Below, in pieces: positions 23,885-33,957 of a stretch of 64,000 nt of DNA; position 1 is the first letter of the stretch; the number at the start of each line of letters is the position of its first letter. This DNA comes from a virus. The notes under the pieces were generated by a model, which was given only the letters and a program-made list of their open reading frames with translations, was not told the DNA's origin and did not search any database. A program made the translations under genes and the position numbers. The stretch covers positions 1 to 64,000 of the IMG/VR virus record IMGVR_UViG_3300043410_001823; one strand, written 5' to 3'.

Positions 23885-25590
23885 TTACCATCCCATTTTA
23901 GCAGTTCTTCCTTGAGCATGTCAAGTCCCATTGGGCCTAATTTTAATGCGTACATATGAAACTTTTTTAGATCAAATTTATTGCCAAGGCGCTTTTTAGC
24001 ATCTTCACGAGCATCAAGCCATACCTTTTCACCAAGCTTATAAGTAATTGCCTGTCCTGCCCAAGAAATATATCTATTTACTTCGCTAACAGCATAGCTA
24101 TGATTTAATAAAGCTTTTTCTTTCATATATTCTACAGCAAGTTCTGGTGTCCAAATTTGTCCATCACCATCTGGATATTTATATCCTAGATGAAGTCCAA
24201 CATCAACAACCATTCTTGCTGCCCTCATTGCTTGGCACATTAGATATCCCATTTTATATCCTGGCTTATCAAAATAACCAAGTTCATCCATTAATTTTTC
24301 AGAGTAAAGTGCCCAGCCTTCACCGTAACCACTATTCCATGCGTACTCTCTTTGATACACACTTAATGTTTCTTTATTTAGTGTAGAGGTTGCAATTTGC
24401 ATATGGTGCCCAGGAACGGATTCATGAAACCATGTAGAATAATTTTCCCAGGTTGTAAATTTAGTTCGACCTAAAGTAGGATAGTAAGTTTTACCTGGAC
24501 GCTGTAGATCATCTGATGGACCTTTATAATACGGAGACTCATCAATAGTATCCTCATCCATAACGACTTCACATTTTTTAATAGCAACGGGAATTGTAAA
24601 ATACTTTCCACTCATATCTTTAATAGCTTTAGAGGTAACACCCTCTAAAAAAGCTTTAAAGTTATCTACACCCTCTATGATATATTCTGGATCATTGTTT
24701 AGTATCTTAGAAAAATCACTTAGCTTTGTAGCATTTGGATCAATCTGCTTTCCAACTTCCCACATTTGCTCATTAATAAGAGATAGCTCATGCATACCGT
24801 CATAATAAACTTTTTTCGGATCAATAGTCAGTCCACTTTGATCTTTTACTGTCTTAATATATCTTTGCTTGCCAACTCTCCAGTTTTCTTCTGCAAGTGG
24901 CTTATACTTTGCTTCAAGCCAAGCTGATAGCTGTTCAAAAGCCATCTCAGCCTCTCTCGCAGCTTTCATTAATCTCTTATCATCTTTATCTACTGTTTCT
25001 GCATATTTTGATATTTTACCGTCTGATAAATTATTTAAAATAGCAATGACAAAATCAATTCTCATTTTAGCATTTGAGTGACCCTTAGACTGAATTATCT
25101 TTAAGGAATGTGCCCATTGGTTTAAGGCTACTGGCATCTTTTCCAAACGCTTTATAATGTTTAAAACATCTTTACGGGTGTCCTTAGGCATAACCTCAAA
25201 AACCTCAAAAAGGCTTTGCGCTTCAGAAAACACGGAACCAAAGTAAGTATAAGGCCAAAGATCATCTGCATCATTAATATAGTTATCCATATCTATTAGG
25301 ATAATCTTTTTAGCTAATTCATCGTAATAGTCCATAGGCTCTGCAGCCTCAATTTTCTTTTTATATGATTTTACAATTTTAAGAAAAGGGTCTACATCAT
25401 GATAGCTATAGTCATTCCAGCTATCATTTTGGTCTTTAATGTTTGCATAGGAAGATGCGATTGCATCATGTTCTAGACTTTTAGTATAGTACTCTTCGCA
25501 CAAACCAAAAATAACAGATCGTGATTTTGGCAACGGAAACCCCTCCTGGTCAAGTATATCTAGTATACCATCAACTAGGAGGGGCGTCAA
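23881..25590 (-). CDS. DUF885-family putative metallopeptidase
   Basis: HESVPGHHMQ, EGWALYSE, RAARMVVDVGLH, GQAITYKLG. Confidence 0.88.
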   Translation of the reverse strand: MTPLLVDGILDILDQEGFPLPKSRSVIFGLCEEYYTKSLEHDAIASSYANIKDQNDSWNDYSYHDVDPFLKIVKSYKKKIEAAEPMDYYDELAKKIILIDMDNYINDADDLWPYTYFGSVFSEAQSLFEVFEVMPKDTRKDVLNIIKRLEKMPVALNQWAHSLKIIQSKGHSNAKMRIDFVIAILNNLSDGKISKYAETVDKDDKRLMKAAREAEMAFEQLSAWLEAKYKPLAEENWRVGKQRYIKTVKDQSGLTIDPKKVYYDGMHELSLINEQMWEVGKQIDPNATKLSDFSKILNNDPEYIIEGVDNFKAFLEGVTSKAIKDMSGKYFTIPVAIKKCEVVMDEDTIDESPYYKGPSDDLQRPGKTYYPTLGRTKFTTWENYSTWFHESVPGHHMQIATSTLNKETLSVYQREYAWNSGYGEGWALYSEKLMDELGYFDKPGYKMGYLMCQAMRAARMVVDVGLHLGYKYPDGDGQIWTPELAVEYMKEKALLNHSYAVSEVNRYISWAGQAITYKLGEKVWLDAREDAKKRLGNKFDLKKFHMYALKLGPMGLDMLKEELLKWDGK

Positions 25591-25602
25591 TTAAGCTTAG
25601 AT

Positions 25603-25899
25603 TTAAGCCTTAGCCTTAGCTCTACGCTTTTCAACAACCATATCTTCTACAGTAACTGCATTTTTGTCTGTAGTAGAAAATGCTGAATTAATCTCATCCG
25701 CTGTTAGCTTTCCGTCATCCATAAATGCACGAGCAAGTTTCTCAACTACCGCTGCTACTGCTGTCAGTCCAGCAACTGTAATAGCTTTGACTGTAGAAAT
25801 GCCAGCAATTGCACCAGCGCCAATTACAGCAAGACCATTGGCAGCAAACACCGCAACAATACGCATTAGAATGTTCCAAATATTTTTGACACCATTCAT
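25603..25899 (-). CDS. Membrane protein (holin-like)
   Basis: Two TM segments, DDGKLT.DEIN. Confidence 0.6.
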   Translation of the reverse strand: MNGVKNIWNILMRIVAVFAANGLAVIGAGAIAGISTVKAITVAGLTAVAAVVEKLARAFMDDGKLTADEINSAFSTTDKNAVTVEDMVVEKRRAKAKA

Positions 25900-26069
25900 T
25901 ATTCGTCTCCTCTATTCCTAATTGGATAAGTTAATATCCAAGTTATAGTAGTTAAAATAATTCCATAACCAACAACTGCTTTGGCACTACCGTCCAAAAC
26001 AACCCAAGCAATAAACATGCCTAGGAGGGTCCACTGTTGATCAAGAATATCTTTTAGTAGTTTTACCAT
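25899..26069 (-). CDS. 56-aa membrane protein (not in ORF track)
   Basis: MVKLLKDILDQQWTLLGMFIAWVVLDGSAK...; GGAGG RBS, TAATG coupling. Confidence 0.7.
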   Translation of the reverse strand: MVKLLKDILDQQWTLLGMFIAWVVLDGSAKAVVGYGIILTTITWILTYPIRNRGDE

Positions 26070-28225
26070 CTTTCATTCCTCCTTGAACCGCCTGAGTTTG
26101 TACCCCCACTTGGTCCAGATGAACCACCACCTGTTGGTGCTGATCCACCAGTTGCAACACCTACAGCATTTAAAGCTGCTCCTGCTGCCACTACTGTTGC
26201 CACAACCATCTTGGTTGCTTCTTCTCTTTCTGCTGGAGACATATCTGCTCCAATGCTTCCAAGAGCTGCCAAAGCTGCTCCAGGATCTGATAATGCTGTT
26301 GATAATAATGCTGCTGGGTCTGAAACTAATTCAACCTGAGCAGCAACTTCAGCTGTTATAACGACTGCGCTTCCATTTTCATCAGTTCTAACATCTACTG
26401 GTGTTGCTGGTGGAAGGTCAGAATATGAAATACCAGAAGCTTTTATATCTGCTGAGGATATTGCTTGGCCTGGTTGTAAGCTTGCTATTAGATTTTCTAC
26501 TACTACTTCTTTTTGTGCCTCTGTTAACTTGCCATCTTCAGCTGCCTTTTTTAACGCATCTGCTTCTGCTTTAGCTTTAGCTGCTTCTTCAGCTTTTTTA
26601 GTTTCTAATGCTTTGGCTTCTTCCTCAGCTTTTGCCTTTGCTTCAGCTTCTGCTTTAATTTTTGCTTCTTCAATGGCTAATCTTTCTGCTTCTGCTTTTG
26701 CATCTGCTTCTGCCTTGGCTTTAGCTTCTGCTTCTGCTGCTAAGCGATCAGCCTCAGCTTTAGCTTCAGCATCAGCCTTGGCTTTGGCTTCTTCTTCTGC
26801 TTTCTTTGCAGCCTCTTCAGCAGCAATTCTCTCTGCCTCTAATCTTTGTGCCTCAGCTTCGGCAGCAAGTCTATCTGCCTCAGCCTTTGCTGCAGCTTCC
26901 GCTGCTGCTTTTGCCTCTGCTTCAGCTTTAATTCTTGCTTGTTCTGCTGCATATGCTTCTGCTGCAGCAACTCTTGCAGCTTCCGCTGCTATCGCTGCCT
27001 GTCTAGCAATCTCTGCTTGTCTTGCTTCTTCAGCAATCCTTGCTCTTTCTGCTTCTTCGGCAGCAAGTGTAGAGGCTACTAATGTTTGTGCTGTTGTAAC
27101 ATTATTATTCATTATTGTAACTGCAATATCTACTGCTAAAAGTGCAGATACTAGATTATTTTTTGCAGTTGTAAGATTGGTTTGTGCTTCTGTTAAATCT
27201 GCTTCTGCTACTTCAAGATCTGTTTCTAATACATCAAGCGTTGCCTGAGCAACTTGAAAATCTGTTTGTGCTGTTTGTAATGTAGCAATCTGTTCTGGTG
27301 TTGCAGATGTAGTAGAAAATTCAGATGCAGGAATTACTGACCACGATCCATCTCCGTTATATCTCATCAATGCAACCGATGCTCCACCGCCATTTTCATA
27401 AAACCAAAATTCAAAATCTTTACCAACTCCTGCTGTTGTTTGAACTGCAGCAGTTGATCCACCACCACCCTTGTCATACCAATCATTAATGACTAGTTGT
27501 CCATCTAAATATAATTTTGTTCCATCATCTGCTGGTGCATAAATCCACTGTGTCCCAGTATATTGTGGAGTCCAAATCCCTTCCCACTTAACTTGAAAAT
27601 CTTCAGGATACGTATTAGCAGGCCCTCCACCGCCCCAAGGCTCATTAATACCATTTGTATCAGTAGTTACAGATACAACAGTTCCTGCCCCTTGTGGAGG
27701 AGCATTGTTATATCCACGATCTTGATAAACCGTCATTGTCAATCCAGGAGATGTGTTTGCTTCTACAACTGCTGTTGCTGAATCAACTATCGATACTTTT
27801 ACTTCAACTACAGCTGTTTGTGAATCTACTGCTATTTGAGATATTTGTACATCTTGTTGAGCCACTTCTACAGATACCGTTGCAGAATCAACCTGAGCCA
27901 TAGCCACAGTAGCACTATCTACTACTGCTTGAGCCTGATCAATAGAAACCTGTGCCTGTGCGATAGTGGCTGTAATTGTTTCTGTAGGCTGTGTAATGGC
28001 TTGTGCTTGTGTTTCTATGGTTGCCGTTGTACTTTCAGCCTGAGTTATTGCAGATTGTGCTGACTCTATAATGGCTGTTGGTGTTATTGTTGCTGTAGAT
28101 GTATCTGATGTAGAAGGTGACACCTGTACGGTAATTTCATCAGCAATAGCTGTTTCAGAAGGTGAAAAGATTAGCCATAGTGTGACTAATAATCCAACTA
28201 AACTAAACTTAAACAGGGTCTTAAT
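26063..28225 (-). CDS. Exported PA14-domain protein with long Ala/Glu/Lys coiled coil; probable ATT start
   Basis: ADDGTKLYLDGQLVINDW...ENGGGA (PA14); AEAEAKAK repeats; a signal peptide appears only if the start is ATT 28225. Confidence 0.8.
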   Translation of the reverse strand: MKTLFKFSLVGLLVTLWLIFSPSETAIADEITVQVSPSTSDTSTATITPTAIIESAQSAITQAESTTATIETQAQAITQPTETITATIAQAQVSIDQAQAVVDSATVAMAQVDSATVSVEVAQQDVQISQIAVDSQTAVVEVKVSIVDSATAVVEANTSPGLTMTVYQDRGYNNAPPQGAGTVVSVTTDTNGINEPWGGGGPANTYPEDFQVKWEGIWTPQYTGTQWIYAPADDGTKLYLDGQLVINDWYDKGGGGSTAAVQTTAGVGKDFEFWFYENGGGASVALMRYNGDGSWSVIPASEFSTTSATPEQIATLQTAQTDFQVAQATLDVLETDLEVAEADLTEAQTNLTTAKNNLVSALLAVDIAVTIMNNNVTTAQTLVASTLAAEEAERARIAEEARQAEIARQAAIAAEAARVAAAEAYAAEQARIKAEAEAKAAAEAAAKAEADRLAAEAEAQRLEAERIAAEEAAKKAEEEAKAKADAEAKAEADRLAAEAEAKAKAEADAKAEAERLAIEEAKIKAEAEAKAKAEEEAKALETKKAEEAAKAKAEADALKKAAEDGKLTEAQKEVVVENLIASLQPGQAISSADIKASGISYSDLPPATPVDVRTDENGSAVVITAEVAAQVELVSDPAALLSTALSDPGAALAALGSIGADMSPAEREEATKMVVATVVAAGAALNAVGVATGGSAPTGGGSSGPSGGTNSGGSRRNERW

Positions 28226-28275
28226 TTTTCTCTCCTAAGGGGTCGTAAGAGTATTAAGATAATTATAACACAAAA

Positions 28276-28308
28276 TAAAAAGGGAGCCAGCGTTAACTGA
28301 CTCCCTTA
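28276..28308 (-). terminator. Intrinsic terminator
   Basis: AAGGGAGTCAG/CTGGCTCCCTT stem followed by TTATTTT on the - strand. Confidence 0.7.
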
Positions 28309-28320
28309 ATATAGTTAAGA

Positions 28321-29376
28321 TTACTTAAGAGTTGCAACCTTAGCCTTTGGATTCTTTGCATTCCACTTCTTAGCAAGTGCGTTGAAAGCATCCTTTACAG
28401 CCTTAAGAGCTGTAGCATTGTCAATGTTTGCCTTAGCAAGAGCAGCATTAGCTGCTGCTGTTTCTGCCTTAGACTTTGCAAGTTCTGCGTCTGCTAGTGC
28501 CTTAGCGTCTGCTAGTGCCTTTGCTCCTGCTGCCTTTTCTGCAGCAAGTTGGGCTACTGCCACTGCAAGTTCTGAGTTCTTTGCAGCAAGTTCTGCAGCA
28601 AGATCACGAACAGTTGCTGTCTTAACGATAACACCAAGTGGTGCTGCAAGACCAGTCACTACGGTAGCAACAGTTGCAGTTGCAACAAGAGTTACTGTAC
28701 CAGATGCAGGAAGTGTTACATCCTGTGTCTTTGTACCAAGTGTTGCTGTTGCTGTATCTGTTGTCAAAGAATATGTTGTTGATGCAGTTGGAGTGATGTA
28801 CTGAAGGCTAATTGATGCCCCACCCTTTACGTTACCAAATACGTCATAACCAATTACCTTTGGTGAAACAACTGTTCCTGCAGCGCCAGAAGATGGAGCA
28901 TCAAGAGCAATTGTATTAAGTGCACCAGCGGTACCGTTAAAGTAATATGTTGTTACGTTTCCACCAACTGTAACTGCTACAGATCCCTGTGCAGTTGTAG
29001 TAGTAAATACATAAAAATCAGCAGTTGTTCCTGTACCAGTGCTTACTGATGCAGATGTTGATCCTGCTGATGCTGCTACAGGTGCTGAAACAGTTGCAAG
29101 AGCTGTAACGATCTTACCTGCTGTAACGACTGCAGAAACAGTTGTTCCTGTGTCAAGACCTGTGATAGCAATCTTAAGAGCATCTGCTGAGTCTACAGAG
29201 TTATCTGCTGGAACTGGCAATGCAATTGAAGTTGCTACTGTTGTACCCGCTGTTGCTGGTGAGCTTCCACCTACTGTGAGTGTAGTTGCTACTGCAGCAC
29301 TTGCAGGTGTTGCTACTAGTGTGCCCAATGTCATGGCTGCAACCACGCCAAGAGCGACCTTCTTGAATGAATTCAT
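28321..29376 (-). CDS. Secreted Ig-like / surface-protein-like protein
   Basis: Signal peptide MNSFKKVALG...ASA; Thr/Ala-rich beta domains, DVFGN motif, C-terminal coil. Confidence 0.7.
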   Translation of the reverse strand: MNSFKKVALGVVAAMTLGTLVATPASAAVATTLTVGGSSPATAGTTVATSIALPVPADNSVDSADALKIAITGLDTGTTVSAVVTAGKIVTALATVSAPVAASAGSTSASVSTGTGTTADFYVFTTTTAQGSVAVTVGGNVTTYYFNGTAGALNTIALDAPSSGAAGTVVSPKVIGYDVFGNVKGGASISLQYITPTASTTYSLTTDTATATLGTKTQDVTLPASGTVTLVATATVATVVTGLAAPLGVIVKTATVRDLAAELAAKNSELAVAVAQLAAEKAAGAKALADAKALADAELAKSKAETAAANAALAKANIDNATALKAVKDAFNALAKKWNAKNPKAKVATLK

Positions 29377-29407
29377 TCTTTCTCCTTGTTTGTATTTGTT
29401 TGTTTAC

Positions 29408-31192
29408 TTAGATTAATCCAAGCCTATCCAGGTAATCCTGAACATCGCTTGGCATTTCCTTGTTCTCTAATTTTACCACAGCTTCCTGCTCTCTTGCAAA
29501 TCGGGCTGCAGTTGACCAATCATGAACCTCAACAACGACATTAGGGTTTTTAGGAGTATGAGAGATAGCATTAAATACTGATCCGCATACTGCATCCGCT
29601 AAGTCCTTAGATTTTTTACGTGGATGGTCTACACGCTTACCATTGTCTGTGATTTTTAACTCAGACATTTCTTCTAACAATAGTGGAATATTTGGCATTG
29701 CAACTCTTTCTTCATAAATCATCATTGCCAAATCTTCATAATGTTTTTTTGCTACAGATACTGTGTCGGTTTTCATTCCTACAGCCTGTAATTCTTGCTG
29801 AATATCAAATGACTGCCATCGGTCAAATGATACCAATCCTATGTTAAATCCTTGTCTTCTTAATCCTTGAATCCATTGTTTAACCTCAGATAGATTAACT
29901 GGGCCTTCTACTTTTGGTTCCCACCAAACAACAGCATCTACAACTACTATTGGGGCTACCTGCTCATAATCTTTGATAACCTGAATATTGACCCATCGAT
30001 CCACATGTGAAATTGCAACGGCACATTTGTCATGTTTTTGTGCAAGGTCAGCGTGAACATAGTAAACTTTATCTGGGTCTGGAGCAAAGGTGGTATCAAA
30101 TCTCTTAGCGGTATCAATTGGATTTCTTAAGCTCATACATTTTTCTAGCTTATCCTTTTGTTTAAAGAATGCGTCAGATGAGTACGTTGGTGTACACAAG
30201 AAACGCATCATTGCATCTCCTAGGTCTGTAATAAAGGCAATCTTAAAATCTTCAATTTTACGTGTTGGATTAACTTCCCAAGTAGGTCTTTTTAATGCAA
30301 ACATTCTTGGATACTTATATGAAATAATATGATCTTCATCCCACTCAATCTCAAACTCATTGTCTGGACCTTCTGGAAGTTCTTCATTAATAATAAACTT
30401 ATGTGTGCGATGAATAGTTTCTTTTTCCATGATTACATCTTCATACCGCTTTGAAATAAAGTCTCCTACGTAGCGGGGGAAGGAAAGCAACACAACCTTA
30501 CCAAGATCTGGAAAACGAGAATCTACAGTACCACGAAAAGCTTTATAGATGTTATCAGCAGTTTTGCCCTGCTCATTTCCAGTTCCTACCTCAGTAGCAA
30601 AACCAGAAATCTCGTCAAGAACTGCCATAAACAAGTTCAAACCCTCATGAGATTCTCTTTCAGAGTGTCCAGAATAAACAGTGATAGATTCATCAAAGCC
30701 AATCGAGTTTACCTTTGGATCATACTTTCCAGCAAACCATGGTGACTTTTCAATTTTTGTCTTGAAACCTTTAAAGAATACGTTCTTAGCCTGCTCAGCG
30801 TTAATAGCAACGTTGATAATATCTATAGCATCTCCAGGTGGTTTCCCGAAGTATCTCGCAGGGTCTTTAAGACATAAAAGTTTATAAACAACATAAGCAC
30901 AGCCAATAGTAGAAACGTGGTCTTTACCACTACCTTTACCAAGCTGAAGGATGATTTCATTCTTTGTATATTTTTTATAATGACGTGCCCCTTCCTCTGT
31001 ACCCAAAACTTCTTCTAGGTCTTCCTGTCTATAAATCTGACTCATTGCTTCTACAACATCATACTGAATGGTAGATAGAGAAGGTTGCCCCAAGTATTCT
31101 GGAGATTCGACAAATGTCTTTACATCTACTGGTATTTCCCTGAAAACATTTTCTTTTAATGCATCAAGAAAATCATTGAACATCGTGGACAA
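29408..31192 (-). CDS. terL: Terminase large subunit
   Basis: GKGSGKD Walker A, AVLDE Walker B, HADLA nuclease motif, KDLADAV. Confidence 0.9.
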   Translation of the reverse strand: MSTMFNDFLDALKENVFREIPVDVKTFVESPEYLGQPSLSTIQYDVVEAMSQIYRQEDLEEVLGTEEGARHYKKYTKNEIILQLGKGSGKDHVSTIGCAYVVYKLLCLKDPARYFGKPPGDAIDIINVAINAEQAKNVFFKGFKTKIEKSPWFAGKYDPKVNSIGFDESITVYSGHSERESHEGLNLFMAVLDEISGFATEVGTGNEQGKTADNIYKAFRGTVDSRFPDLGKVVLLSFPRYVGDFISKRYEDVIMEKETIHRTHKFIINEELPEGPDNEFEIEWDEDHIISYKYPRMFALKRPTWEVNPTRKIEDFKIAFITDLGDAMMRFLCTPTYSSDAFFKQKDKLEKCMSLRNPIDTAKRFDTTFAPDPDKVYYVHADLAQKHDKCAVAISHVDRWVNIQVIKDYEQVAPIVVVDAVVWWEPKVEGPVNLSEVKQWIQGLRRQGFNIGLVSFDRWQSFDIQQELQAVGMKTDTVSVAKKHYEDLAMMIYEERVAMPNIPLLLEEMSELKITDNGKRVDHPRKKSKDLADAVCGSVFNAISHTPKNPNVVVEVHDWSTAARFAREQEAVVKLENKEMPSDVQDYLDRLGLI

Positions 31193-31709
31193 CTGTAATC
31201 ACTTCGCCTTCTTTAGCAATAGAAGAAAGTCTCTTCATGATAAGATCACGTACCTCTGGATGAGTAGCAGCAATATCACGCAAGATTCCAACAAGAACTT
31301 CCTGTCGCTTTTCAATCTCAACCATTTCTTCAGCCAACTCTTTATTCTCTAACAATCCAGCCTTTTGAAGCATGTCAATACGCTTAGATTCAATATCCAT
31401 AACAAGTTTAATTGCTGCAGTCTTTGCTCCAAGATTTGCAGTTGTTGTTGCATCATCAATAACTTCATATGCCTGCTTGATTAGTTTTGTATAGTGTTCA
31501 TCAGCACCAACCAAAGCTTCTTTTGCACGAATACGAATAGCTGTATTATCAGATGCCATCCTCTTCCACTCATCTAAGTGAGCGACAACTCTTGTACGTG
31601 GGAGATTAAGCTGTTTTGAAATACGTGTTGGATCGCTACCTTTTAAATATTCAGCAACAACCGTATTTACTTCATCAAGGTGTTTGACGATCTCAATCTC
31701 TGCGTCCAT
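31173..31709 (-). CDS. HTH protein, probable terminase small subunit
   Basis: N-terminal HTH, coiled C-terminus, directly upstream of terL. Confidence 0.6.
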   Translation of the reverse strand: MDAEIEIVKHLDEVNTVVAEYLKGSDPTRISKQLNLPRTRVVAHLDEWKRMASDNTAIRIRAKEALVGADEHYTKLIKQAYEVIDDATTTANLGAKTAAIKLVMDIESKRIDMLQKAGLLENKELAEEMVEIEKRQEVLVGILRDIAATHPEVRDLIMKRLSSIAKEGEVITVVHDVQ

Positions 31710-31944
31710 TGTATTCACCCTTCAGTCGTTTAATCTCATCCTGAATATAGAAAATTGCCTTTTCCAAATCTTCGATGTGCTTATCTTCACTCTTGATTCC
31801 AGCTCTCCAGATATACTTCATTGCATTACCTAGATTAAAATTCATATGTCTTGTGACCTGCAAAGCTTCAATACCGCTTGGGTGGCTAGTATAGTGCGTA
31901 GGATGATTGACTTGGTCAACCTTAATATCAAACTTCTTATCCAT
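31693..31944 (-). CDS. DUF3310 protein
   Basis: VNHPTHY...GNAMKYIWRAG.K...EDLEKA.FY. Confidence 0.88.
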   Translation of the reverse strand: MDKKFDIKVDQVNHPTHYTSHPSGIEALQVTRHMNFNLGNAMKYIWRAGIKSEDKHIEDLEKAIFYIQDEIKRLKGEYNGRRD

Positions 31945-32101
31945 TTGTCTTATTAGTCCTAATCTTTTTTAAACAACGCTTGCAGTATGTGTATGTTAAT
32001 CCCGTGAATGGGCATGAAGAGCTGTAAGACTCTGGATGTTTGCAAAAGAGCATCTTTGATTTAGCTGATGCTACATGCAATAGGTGTTTTAAAATTCTCA
32101 T
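31937..32101 (-). CDS. 54-aa Cys/His protein (not in ORF track)
   Basis: FCKH...CPFTG..YTYCKRC; ATGA coupling. Confidence 0.6.
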   Translation of the reverse strand: MRILKHLLHVASAKSKMLFCKHPESYSSSCPFTGLTYTYCKRCLKKIRTNKTNG

Positions 32102-32253
32102 CGTTTTGATTTGCGGAGACCAAACTTAGCAAGATATACATAGATAGTCTCTACGCTTGCTCCACACTCCTTTGCAATTTCCTCTGGAGACTTTTTGTCT
32201 AGCGTAAATCGCTTACGAAGCCAAGTCTCGTTAGTATATAGTTTAGCAGCCAT
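32098..32253 (-). CDS. 51-aa HTH DNA-binding protein (not in ORF track)
   Basis: WLRKRF...KSPEEIAKECGASVETIYVYLAKFGL. Confidence 0.75.
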   Translation of the reverse strand: MAAKLYTNETWLRKRFTLDKKSPEEIAKECGASVETIYVYLAKFGLRKSKR

Positions 32254-32257
32254 AGCT

Positions 32258-32833
32258 TTATTTGTCAACCTTTACTACTTTAGACCAATTGTTAATAGCA
32301 TAATGCCCAATACCGCAAGCATCAGCCACGTCATTATCTTCAATCTTTTGATCATAAATTATCTCCAATAATCTCATGGTTCTCTCTTTACGTAGGTTAC
32401 GCTCATAGTTTTTGTACCATGCTACAGATTTTCCAGGTGTCTTGTTTCTAATCAAAAGCTGTTCATCTTTTGTAAGCTTTTTATTACCAAGAAATGTTTG
32501 CCATGTAATTGGTGGTACGGTGCCAAAAACAGTAATCCCAGACATCGCAGAACCACCTAGAATTGCCCCTTGAATCATAGATAAATCTATTAATGTTTTA
32601 GGACTATTCATAAAAACTGACTGCTCAATAACGACTGCATCTACCATACCGATCATATCGAGTAAAGCTTTTGTTTTCTTGACAGCATCACCTATTCTAT
32701 CAAATAATGTTGAGCCTTCAAAAGTTACTTTGCCGTAGGAATATAATTTTCCATGGGTGTAAACTGAAAAAGCTAAGCTTGTTGTATTAGCATCAATACA
32801 AAAGATCTTATCAGGACTAGTTGTCTTGTTCAT
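32258..32833 (-). CDS. RuvC-like Holliday junction resolvase
   Basis: CIDANT, VVIEQ, DNDVADACGI. Confidence 0.8.
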   Translation of the reverse strand: MNKTTSPDKIFCIDANTTSLAFSVYTHGKLYSYGKVTFEGSTLFDRIGDAVKKTKALLDMIGMVDAVVIEQSVFMNSPKTLIDLSMIQGAILGGSAMSGITVFGTVPPITWQTFLGNKKLTKDEQLLIRNKTPGKSVAWYKNYERNLRKERTMRLLEIIYDQKIEDNDVADACGIGHYAINNWSKVVKVDK

Positions 32834-33110
32834 AGTCAAAAAATCCTTTAATCTGCTTAAGCATCTTATCCACAGCCTTCTTGCTTACATTGCAATTAGA
32901 ACAGAATCCAGCATCGTTGTATATAGATATAGCCATTCCGCATCCACCCAAACAAAGTCTTTTCTTACCAATCCTATTCTGGCGACGAGTAACTCTATAC
33001 CGTTCCAGTATTTTTTCTTTTGTAGCTTCTTCTCTACAAATATCGCTACAATATATTTGGTAACTGACCTTAGGTGTAAACCTAGTGTCACATCTACTAC
33101 ATAGTTTCAC
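32817..33110 (-). CDS. Zn-finger hypothetical protein
   Basis: Multiple CxxC motifs. Confidence 0.7.
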   Translation of the reverse strand: MKLCSRCDTRFTPKVSYQIYCSDICREEATKEKILERYRVTRRQNRIGKKRLCLGGCGMAISIYNDAGFCSNCNVSKKAVDKMLKQIKGFFDYEQDN

Positions 33111-33927
33111 TCAATTCCTCCAGAGACGCTATCTTAATAGTCCCTGCCTCTGCTTCAGCACATGCTGCTTTAACTGGACAACTTTTGCACACTTTAGAAT
33201 TAGCTCTGTAATTCTTTGTGGGCAATGTTTGGTTGTCGGAAGCCTTTTTGACTTCTCTCATCCAGTCAAACGCATAGTCTACCCATTTTCTATATCCATC
33301 ATTTACCTCTACAGGAAAAGCAATCATGTCGTGATTGTTTTTATTTTCATAAATTAGCACACCCCTTGCCTTTTTAAGAATCTTCATGTAGATAAGTAAT
33401 TGAACCAAGTGCCCCTTCTTAGGAGTCTTGTTATTTTTGAAATACTCAAAAGCTTCGCTAGACATTGTTTTAATTTCTCCAGCTAACTCTTCACCATTCC
33501 ATTCGACTATAGCATCGCCATAGCCAAAAATACCAGGATCGTTGTTAATGATCTTGAATTCTGTTGTATCTTGCCCATTATCGTCCTTGAATACCTTTGC
33601 AACATTTGACTTCATCATTGCACTTTGAATTCTTTCATGAGACAATGTTCCGTTTTCCATATTTGCAACGTTATCTGGAGTTGCCTCATCTTCAAAAATA
33701 TTACCCTCAAAAGCTAAATACCAATATCTTGGACACACACCATGACCATATGCGATTGTAGATGGTGCAAATGTTTTTTTCTTTGTATGCTTTGGCCCTC
33801 TGTCAACTGTATATCCAGACTTGATTTGTTCTACCAGACCATCAACATCAAATGCCTGCACAAACTTCTTCTTTGCAGGCTTATCTGGCTGTTGAACCAT
33901 TACTTGTTTTAATAAATTTCTTGTCAT
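33097..33927 (-). CDS. Cas4-like / RecB-family exonuclease
   Basis: CPRYW, GT..HE, G.GD, EIKT, QLLIYM, CKSCPVKAAC. Confidence 0.85.
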   Translation of the reverse strand: MTRNLLKQVMVQQPDKPAKKKFVQAFDVDGLVEQIKSGYTVDRGPKHTKKKTFAPSTIAYGHGVCPRYWYLAFEGNIFEDEATPDNVANMENGTLSHERIQSAMMKSNVAKVFKDDNGQDTTEFKIINNDPGIFGYGDAIVEWNGEELAGEIKTMSSEAFEYFKNNKTPKKGHLVQLLIYMKILKKARGVLIYENKNNHDMIAFPVEVNDGYRKWVDYAFDWMREVKKASDNQTLPTKNYRANSKVCKSCPVKAACAEAEAGTIKIASLEELSETM

Positions 33928-33957
33928 TTTCCCTCTGCTCTTATCTCTATTATAGCA

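Noticed and set aside
26529-29416. Long + strand Ala/Ser-rich ORFs (26529, 28382, 29039)
   Set aside because: Antisense shadows of Ala/Glu/Thr-rich genes on the - strand.
33097-33927. Cas4-like gene as evidence for a CRISPR-Cas system
   Set aside because: No repeat-spacer array or other cas genes are visible; solo Cas4-like nucleases are usual in phage recombination modules.
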